DNA from: the human T2T-CHM13v2.0 reference genome, Homo sapiens
Direction: 5' to 3' (one strand)
NCBI RefSeq assembly: GCF_009914755.1
Contig: NC_060934.1
DNA length: 64,000 nucleotides
This document shows positions 52,272 through 64,000 of the stretch, in pieces; position 1 is the stretch's first letter; each line of letters opens with the position of its first letter. A program made the position numbers and the translations under genes. The notes under the pieces were generated by a model, which ran no database searches, was not told the DNA's origin, and saw nothing but the letters and a program-made list of their open reading frames with translations.

Positions 52272-52560
52272 ATGGAATATTATTCAGCCATAAAAAGAAT
52301 GAAATCCTGTAATTTCCCGCAACATGGATGGAACTGGAGGTCATTATGTTAAATAAGCCAGCTACAAGGAGACAAATATCGTATGTTCTCACTCATATGT
52401 GGGAACTAAAAATGTGGATCTCAGGAGGATATAGAGTAGATTGGTGGTTACTAGGGGCCAGGAAGGAGAGAGTGGACAAAGTAGGGAAAAGGATATAAAT
52501 GGATTTATTACCATTGAACCTTACACTTAAAAATGGTAAAAATGGTACATTTTAAAATAT
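51985..52560 (+). mobile_element. L1MA/L1PB 3' fragment with (TA)n at ~52237-52268
   Basis: ctgttggtgggagtgtagattagtacagccactatgg...ggaactggaggtcattatg. Confidence 0.85.
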
Positions 52561-52921
52561 TGTTTTTAGAAAAAGAAACTTTCCCGTAACCAGTCCCTGG
52601 TACACTCCTGCCCTCGTCCTCTGGGAGACCATGGTCCTGAGGTCTCAAAGTGGTTCCCTAAGGACCCACCAGAGGCATTGCCCAGAAGACAGAGACCTTT
52701 CCAGTGAATGCATTGCTGACTGTTGAAACTTCTCCATTGATTTCACTACTCAAAAAAAGAAAAAAAAATATGTTTCTGAATTTTGCAAGCCTTTAAGATA
52801 TAAATCCTTGCACTGCATTTTCTTATAGCCCAAATTCATCTGAAGGCTTGGGTCGGGAGATTGTTTTTTGTACATTAAATAGGGGTTAACTCCGAGATCC
52901 TGCAGGATCCTCTACTTTCTT

Positions 52922-55691
<2,770 letters not shown>

Positions 55692-56218
55692 TGAACAGCT
55701 CCATCTTTTGACAATCCCTCTTTTAGCAACTTCCATGCTCAGCTGTGGTCATTCCATATGTTTTCATGGGCCCTAAAAGCACCAAGCTCTCCCAGCTTCC
55801 ATGCCTTCATGTCTATTGCTTTGTTGGCTGGGCACAGCCTTCCTCCTTGTCTCTCTCTCTTGGGTTTCACCTGAGGTAACCCCTCCTGCAGGAGATGTGC
55901 TTCATTCACCTTGTTCCCTGTGAGGTTCCTGTCCTGGGTGCTACCACACTGCCCAGAGCTGACCTCTGTTATAGTACTTGGTATCTACGAGTGAACGTCA
56001 AGTATTAGTTTTTTCAGTAATGTAACCAGTCTTCATAGGAGTCTTATTTTACAAAATTAGTATCACAAAGTCATTGAAAATTCCTGTCAGAAATGTGGAC
56101 TAGAAGCACTTCAGACTTTAGCTCAGTCCATAATATTGAGCTGAGCCACTTGATGTAAAAGCTCTTTGTGACTTTGGTTGTCTTTCCTTTTGTATTGTTA
56201 TTTTAAAAAAGGCATTGC

Positions 56219-56954
56219 ACTGGTCATTAGAGAAATGCAAATCAAAACCACAATGAGATACTAGCTCATGCCAGATAGAATGGCAAGCATTAAAAAGTCA
56301 GGAAACAACAGATGCTGGAGAGGATACAGAGAAATAGGAATGCTTTTACGCTGTTGGTGGGAGTGTAAATTAGTTCAACTATTATGAAAGACAGTGTGGC
56401 GATTCCTCAATGATCTAGAACCAGAAATATCATTTGACCCAGCAATCCCATTACTGGGTATATACCCAAAGGATTATAAATCATTCTATAAAGACACATG
56501 CACATGTATTTTTATTGCAGCACTGTTCACCACAGTGAAGACTTGGAACCAACCCACATGCCCATCAATGATAGACTGGATAAAGAAAATGTGGCACATA
56601 TACACCATGGAATACTATGCAGCCATAAAAAGGGATGAGTTCATGTCCTTTGCAGGGACATGGATAAAGCTGGAAACTCTCATTCTCAGCAGACTAATAC
56701 AGGAACAGAAAACGAAACACCACATGTTCTCACTCATAAGTGGGAGTTGAACAGTGAGAACACATGGATGCAGGGAGGGGAACATCACACACAGGGGCCT
56801 GTCAAGGGGTTGGGGGCTGGGGGCGGGATAACATTAGGAGAAATACCTGGTGTAGATGACAGGTTGATGGGTGCGGCAAACCACCATGGCACATGTATAC
56901 CTATGTAACAAACCTGCACATTCTGCACATGTATCCCAGGACATGAAGTATAAT
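56219..56954 (+). mobile_element. 5'-truncated L1PA (PA7/8-like)
   Basis: ORF2 C-terminus and 3'UTR. TSD aaaaggcattgc at 56207-56218 and 56955-56966. Confidence 0.9.
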
Positions 56955-59535
56955 AAAAGGCATTGCTAAGTGAGGGACTTTGTCCCCCTAGTTTTAATTT
57001 ATTAAGAATATTATGCACAGGGCACTCTAGGACTCTAGACGTATTAACATCAAATGTCAGGGATCTCTCAAAATATTTCTCGATGAATGAGTATTGAGTT
57101 CGGACTTTGGTCTGAGATTAATGAAAGTTGAATCGGGGGGTATTTTGAACAATGTAAAATATACTCAATTTATGTGTGAATCAATCTAGCCTGGAAATGT
57201 AATATTAAACGTTGATTATGTTGCTTTGTATCTGCTGTGTCTCTTTCCAGGTTCAGGCATTAGCAATTATGTTTCAGAGGCCTCAGTTTTCATTCTGTCT
57301 TGGGAATCAAGGGATGTTAGAAGGTCCCTTCCAGAGGGCAATTATTTTTTGGCATTTCCATGAGAGATGAGGTAAGACAATCCTTCTCAGTGGTGTGCTT
57401 TGTTATTCTTTTTCTGATTGACCCTTTCCTTCCTATTACAACTTTGGTGAAGAAGGCAGCAGTGACATTTGTCCTTTGTATACATTACTGTCAAGTTTTT
57501 ATTCCATGTTTAATCCTAAAGATGTTGTGGAGAGCAAGGTCTTTTGCTGCTGTCCAGGGGTGCCCGTTTGGTTAGGCTGGTAATGCAAAACTTGAGACAC
57601 CATGTCTTAATCGCTGCACGCTAAACTGTCGTCCCTTCTAGAACGCAAGCTTGTTTGTGTCAGGAACTCTGGCTCATTCATATTTGCATTTCTGGCAGCT
57701 GGCACAGTGCCAGTGTATGTCATGTGCTCAAGTGCTGAGTCAGTAATATTGAACAAATGCAGTGTTGAAATAGCATATCTGACCCAGTAGTACCCCACAC
57801 AGAGCGAGTGCTCAAAAAAATATTAAACCAGGATAAAGGATGAAGAAGAAGAAGGAAGTGGTTTGGGGTAAGAAGGGGAAACTGGACCAGGGAAAGGGAA
57901 GCTTTCAAATCTCCACTCAATTTGCTGAGGAAAATTGAGAAAGCCACTTAATTTTTCCTTGTTTATATTTTCCCATCTGTAAAATTACGAGATCATCTAA
58001 GATGACCTCCAAAATCCCTTTTTCCTCTAAAAATATGTCTATGAAATGCCAAAAGATTGAGATAGGTGATGATGTATTTTATTAACATGTATGAAAAATA
58101 CTCATGTATAGCCACAGAATGTTTAAGCCTTTAGCTTTTTTTTTTTAACATCTGTCAATGTTCAATGGATGGATTTCTATTTTTTCAATCTGTCAATATT
58201 TAATAAAGGTTTACTTTGTGTAAGGACTGTGCTAATGCTAGAGATACAAAGAGGAATGATGATCAGTTTCTACCATCAAGAATATGTAAAAGATCAATGA
58301 GTTAAGAAACAACAGCCCTTCAGCATAAAAATGCTACAATGAGGGATGTCCCTTGTGCTAGGGAGTCACAGGAAGGAGCTGCTGACTCTAGGGGATGACA
58401 GAGCAGGCAACTGGATTCAAACAATTCCAGGATTCCAAGTAAGGGCCACAGCATGTGCCAAGATTTGCTGATGTGAAAATGCTCAATGTTGTCACAGGAT
58501 GGAAGGGAAGGAGGGATAGGAGACACAAACAAGATTGTGACCACCATGTGAAAGTCACACACACCAGGCTTGGGAATTATTTTGAAACTAACTGGGAGCC
58601 ATTAAACAACAAGAACATGGACACAATTCTATTTGTACTTCATGGAAAAAGTTAATAATAATATAGCTGATGAAGGAACCATTTTTTTTTCTCAGAAGAG
58701 TATACCTAGATGCCTGTTGGAGAATCCCCTGGGTGCTTATTAAAATGCATGTGCTTAGCGTTCAGTCTAATTCAAGAGGATCATAATTTCAATGGGTTTG
58801 CCTCAGAAACCCACATTTAAAAAAAAAACTGTCTTACAACTTATGCAGTTTAAACTGTGGGAGCCACTAGGTAAGAGAATGGAGAGTTAGTGGCAGGAAA
58901 CTCATAAACATTGAATCTCTGTGAGTCCCTTAGTAGCCGGTTGATCTTAGCTAAGTCACTCAACACCTGTGAAGCTGGGTTTTCCCTTCTGTAAATGGGT
59001 TTAAGAGTACCTGCTTCATGGGGTTTCAGCAGGGATTAGTCGAGATAGCATACATAAAGCATCTAATGTACCAAGTTTGGGAGCACATTGCAATCACCTA
59101 GAGAACTTACTCAAACTCCATGCATAAGGTGTAGAGGACTCAAGAAACTCCCCCGATGATATGGATTAAGAGCCAGTAAGAGTTAACTCCCCTTCTCCTA
59201 AGACAGACAGTCAAGATATACAAAAGGGGATATCCAATGACCTAAATGATTCTTAAAGTTTTAATTCAGATGGCTGGTTATATCAAAGTGTAGATGGAGA
59301 ATGCAGTTCTATTTTGAACATGGTAGTGTCCCATGGATCACCTGAGTGGAGATGACCAGAAGCAGGTACTGCATAGTGGACAAGGACCTCAGAAAAAAGC
59401 CTGAGGTGGTGATACAGAGTGTGCTGGCAAGTGGTAGCTGAAAAGAACATAGCCCCCAGGAATGGATGAGGTGGAGGATAAGAGGAGGCTTCAGGACTCA
59501 CCTTCACATAAACACCAAAATTCTAAATTGTTTTA

Positions 59536-59850
<315 letters not shown>

Positions 59851-60294
59851 AAAAATTTTTAGGAAAAAAAAGATTGAAGAAAATTGAAAAGAAATAGGAG
59901 TAGGAATAAAACCAGGAGAGGGCTTTACTTGAGAAACACCCTGAAAAGAGACTGTCAAATGCCATAGTAAAATCAAGTGAGATGGAAAGTTGCTCTAACG
60001 CAGAAATTCTGTCTTGCCAATGATGGGCTCTTTGGCCATGGTAGCTGGTTGGGTGGCAGGTTGATTCTGGAGAAATATTGGTATCTTTGGCTTTGTATTC
60101 TTACCTGAATTGCCTAATAAAACCTCAGAGGCAGAAAGTAGTTCTTTACTACTCTTTGAGTGAGAAGAATACTTCCAAGCATCTCTTGTTCTCGAGAACT
60201 ATTTTTTATATATACATCAAATGTACTATGCAAACTACAACTCATCACTGTGTTTTAAGGATGGCCACATATATATAACTATATAACTGTTCTC

Positions 60295-60536
60295 TATATA
60301 TGTAGAACATTTATATATGTAGAACACATAAATATGTAGAACACATATGTATGTAGAACACATAAATATGTAGAATACACATATGTAGAACACATGTAGA
60401 ACACACATGTATGTAGAACACACATACATAGAAAACACATGTAGAACACACATATGTAGAACACACACGTAGAACACATATGTAGAACACACATATGTAG
60501 AACATACATACATATATATGTGCATATATATATATG
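60295..60536. repeat. Irregular minisatellite, ~14 units of 11-17 bp, core ATGTAGAACA
   Basis: Direct inspection. Embedded in a TA/CA microsatellite background. Confidence 0.9.
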
Positions 60537-60682
60537 TTCATCTTGGTAATCTAGAAATGGTTGTGTCCTGTGGAGAATCACAAGGATGGTTCTTAGTACA
60601 AAAACCAACACCCACTCCTAATAGTTTTCTTTCTAGTTGTTAATGATTGACTATTTAGTTACGTCTTTATTCCTTGATAAAG

Positions 60683-60975
60683 TTTTTTTTGCTTTTGTTT
60701 TGTTTTGTTTTTAGCAACAGGGTCTCCTCTGTCACCCAGGCTGTAGTGCAGTGGTGCAACCATGGCTTCCTGCAGCCTTGACCTCCTGGGCTTAAGCAGT
60801 CTTCCCACCTCAGCCAGTGCATGCCACCACACCCAGCTAATTTTTTTTTCTTCTAACTAGAGAGGCAAGTTCTTGCTATGTTGTACAGGCTGGTCTTGAA
60901 CTCCTGGGCTGAAACAATCCTTTGCTTAAACCTCCCAAAAGGTTGAGATTACAGGCATAAGCCACTGTGCCTGTC
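60683..60975 (-). mobile_element. AluJ-like
   Basis: Diverged Alu containing gcagccttgacctcctgggctt. Confidence 0.85.
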
Positions 60976-61480
60976 TCTTGATAGAGTTTTAAATATCAAT
61001 ATGGTTATTATTCTCTAGAATAAGAACATTTCAGGATAAAATAATTTACATTTTGAAAGTTAAAATTCCAAGTGCACTGAACTTCATATGGCAGATGATG
61101 ACAATTAGACCACAAACTACAACTCATCAGTCTGTTTTTTTAGGATGGCCTTTTTCCCTTCTAGTAAATTTGAAACGTGCAGCTCTGTTATAACATTTTC
61201 AAGGAGTCAGCATATTTGAAATTCTCTATCTCGAGTTTTATTATTTGGAATTAGCTTCATTTAAAACTGTTAACAAATAATGAGGGGCTGTTCAGCGCAT
61301 TGTTCTGTTCTAGGGCTAATACAAGGAATTGAAGCTCACTATATTTTAAGTTTGAAATAGCAGTCAGTAAAGAACTCTATATTGTCAAAATATTATTCTA
61401 TTTACTCATTTACTGAAGAAATCCACCAAATGAGCTATGCAGTCATATATATTTAAAAAATAAACTCATATAAAAGATGA

Positions 61481-62094
<614 letters not shown>

Positions 62095-62433
62095 ACTTAT
62101 ATAAAAGATGGAAAGAAATAACTAATAACCAAAAGAGAATATAAGCAAAATATCAAGATCTTTTTCAGCAGTGCAAAGTTTCAAGCAGAGATTGGGCTGT
62201 AGTTTTTAGTTGTAGGTTTTCCTAAGCCAGAAGGAGGGATGGGGGAGGATTTAAGGCTTATCTGAAGGAGTATATGTCAGGATCTTTAAATAAACGATAT
62301 CTTCTCTCATTTTGATTAGACTGAAAGAAGTCAGTTAACTTATCCACATACAAACAGGAACCAGGAATCCAGTCCCTGACTCTTATGACTCTAGCACGAC
62401 CTCATGTTTTCACCTAAAGGAAGAACAACTTTG

Positions 62434-62511
62434 AGCCGCAGTACCTTTATCTTTAGTATGCATATACTTAGCAGCCACAGTACCTTTATCTTTAGTATGC
62501 ATATACTTAGC
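62434..62511. repeat. 39-bp tandem duplication, one mismatch
   Basis: agcc(g/a)cagtacctttatctttagtatgcatatacttagc twice. Confidence 0.92.
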
Positions 62512-62620
62512 AGATACTTGGGACTTTCAGAAACCAGTCAAAGCCCTTCCCAGCAAATGCTTTTGAAAAAGTGGGGCATGAACAACCTGAGTAATTTTAT
62601 TTCTGATCACAACAATGTGA

Positions 62621-62910
62621 GGCCAGGCACATGGGTTCACACCTGTAATCACAGCACTTTGGGAGGGAGGGGGGAGGATCATTTGAGGCCAGGAATTCAA
62701 GACCATCCTGGACACATAATGAGACCCTGTCTCTAAAAATTAGCCAGATGTGGTGACACATGCCAGTAGTCCCAACTACTCAGGAGGCTGAGATGGGTAG
62801 ATCACTTACGCCCAGGAGTTCAAGGTTACAGTGAGGTATTACGGCACTACTGCACTACAACCTGGGTGACAGAATGAGATCCCAGCTCTAAGAGTAACAA
62901 AAAGAAAAAT
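62621..62910 (+). mobile_element. AluJ-like
   Basis: Diverged dimeric Alu. Confidence 0.88.
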
Positions 62911-63197
62911 AAATGCTATGTGACTATAATAAAATAAGAATTTCTGACTTATAACTGGCTTTTGAAGTAGTTTAAGAAGAGCTTCCCATAAGTTCTGAGA
63001 GCTCTGGGATGGCAGGGAAGGTGTAGGTCTGTGGATGTCTTCTGCCCATTCTGATTACTCCAGGTTACAAAAACCCTCAAGGTCCAGACATTGGGAAATG
63101 TGTAAACTGTAGCAAGGGCTAGAATTTGTAGAGGACCAGAGTCCATGCTTGCCAGCATGAAAGGGTTCAAGTTCAATTTAAAAAAAAAACAACAACA

Positions 63198-63395
63198 ACT
63201 TGAACCCAGCAGGCGGAGGTTGAAGTGAGTCGAGATCGTGCCACTGTACTCCAGCCTGGCGACAGAGCAAGACTGACTCTGACTCTCTTTCTCTTCTCTC
63301 CCCCTCCCCCACTCTCTCTCTCCCTCTCTGCCTCTCTCTCTCGCTCTACCCCCCACCCCTCTCTCTCTCTCCCTCTCTCTCCCTATATATATATC
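63198..63395 (+). repeat. Alu right-arm fragment followed by a CT-rich tract
   Basis: cttgaacccagcaggcggagg...cagcctggcgacagagcaagact, then (CT)n. Confidence 0.85.
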
Positions 63396-63625
63396 TCACC
63401 ATGCAGGCTTAACACCCTTACCTATGGAGTCAGCCCAGTCACCATCATTTAGATCCCTGCTTTACAGTTACAGCACATTGGTGTATAAATAGTTATTTTA
63501 GAATGTAGTAAGATTGGAAAATAATAAACTAGAGTTTGTGCTTACTTTTATGGATGACATAGAACCACTTTCTGGAGGTGTAGGATGTTTTCTAGCCTTA
63601 TGCTCGATACACATTTCACAGCACT

Positions 63626-64000
63626 GGTAACCACCCTGTGGGTTCTTCTTGCCTGCTACCCAGATAGAGCCAATTTATTGAGACACGGGAATTGCCATAG
63701 AGAAAGAGTTTAATACACATAGAGTTGGCTAACCAGGAGACCAGAGTTTTGCTATTACTCAAATCAGCTTCTCTGAAATTCAGAGACTAGGGTTGTTGAA
63801 AGATATTTAGGCAGGCAGGAGCCTAGGCAATGGAGAATGATGATTGGTTTGGGTCAGGGATGAAATCACAGGGAGTTGAAGCTGTCCTCTTGGGCTGAGT
63901 CAGTTCCTGGGTGGTGGCCACAAGACCTGATCAGCCAGTTAACTGATCTGGGTGGGGCCAGCTGGTCCATCAGAATGCAGAGTCTGAAAAATACTCAAAC
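63626..64000 (-). mobile_element. LTR8-family ERV1 LTR, runs off the window
   Basis: attactcaaatcag, gggatgaaatcacagggagttgaagctgtcctcttg and gctgagtcagttcctgggtgg. Confidence 0.75.

Noticed and set aside
60235-60611. Three overlapping minus-strand ORFs rich in C/V/Y/H, and a superficially CRISPR-like repeat
   Set aside because: These are translations of the minisatellite. There are no unique spacers, no cas genes, and the DNA is human.

Overview
This is human genomic DNA: the 5'-inverted L1 carries L1HS Ta diagnostic bases. It is repeat-rich and has no complete protein-coding gene. It reads as a mosaic of duplicated gene pieces. (1) The last two exons and polyA signal of a cyclin-Y-like gene (608-3206, +), with a degenerate antisense C2H2-ZNF relic just upstream. 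(2) A PLD5-derived block containing one PLD5 exon paralogue (37887-38023, +), probably starting at 21127/21128, where an RPL10A processed pseudogene is cut at its 3' side. (3) An isolated ERCC3/XPB exon fragment (40408-40565, -). From memory this arrangement matches the CCNYL4-PLD5P1 region of pericentromeric 10p11.1; I could not verify that. Mobile elements include a full-length L1PA5/6-like element, a twin-primed L1HS-Ta, an old near-full-length L1MA, many Alus and several LTRs. I see no new multi-gene biological system. The best leads are: a phase-compatible CCNYL-PLD5 fusion, new ATGs making a 40-aa hydrophobic ORF, the complex junction at 20.5-21.1 kb, the ERCC3 capture, an Alu and an L1 sharing one TT|AA site, and a templated duplication inside the old L1. 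Comparisons with reference proteins and repeat consensus sequences are from memory, and repeat boundaries are approximate unless a TSD is quoted.
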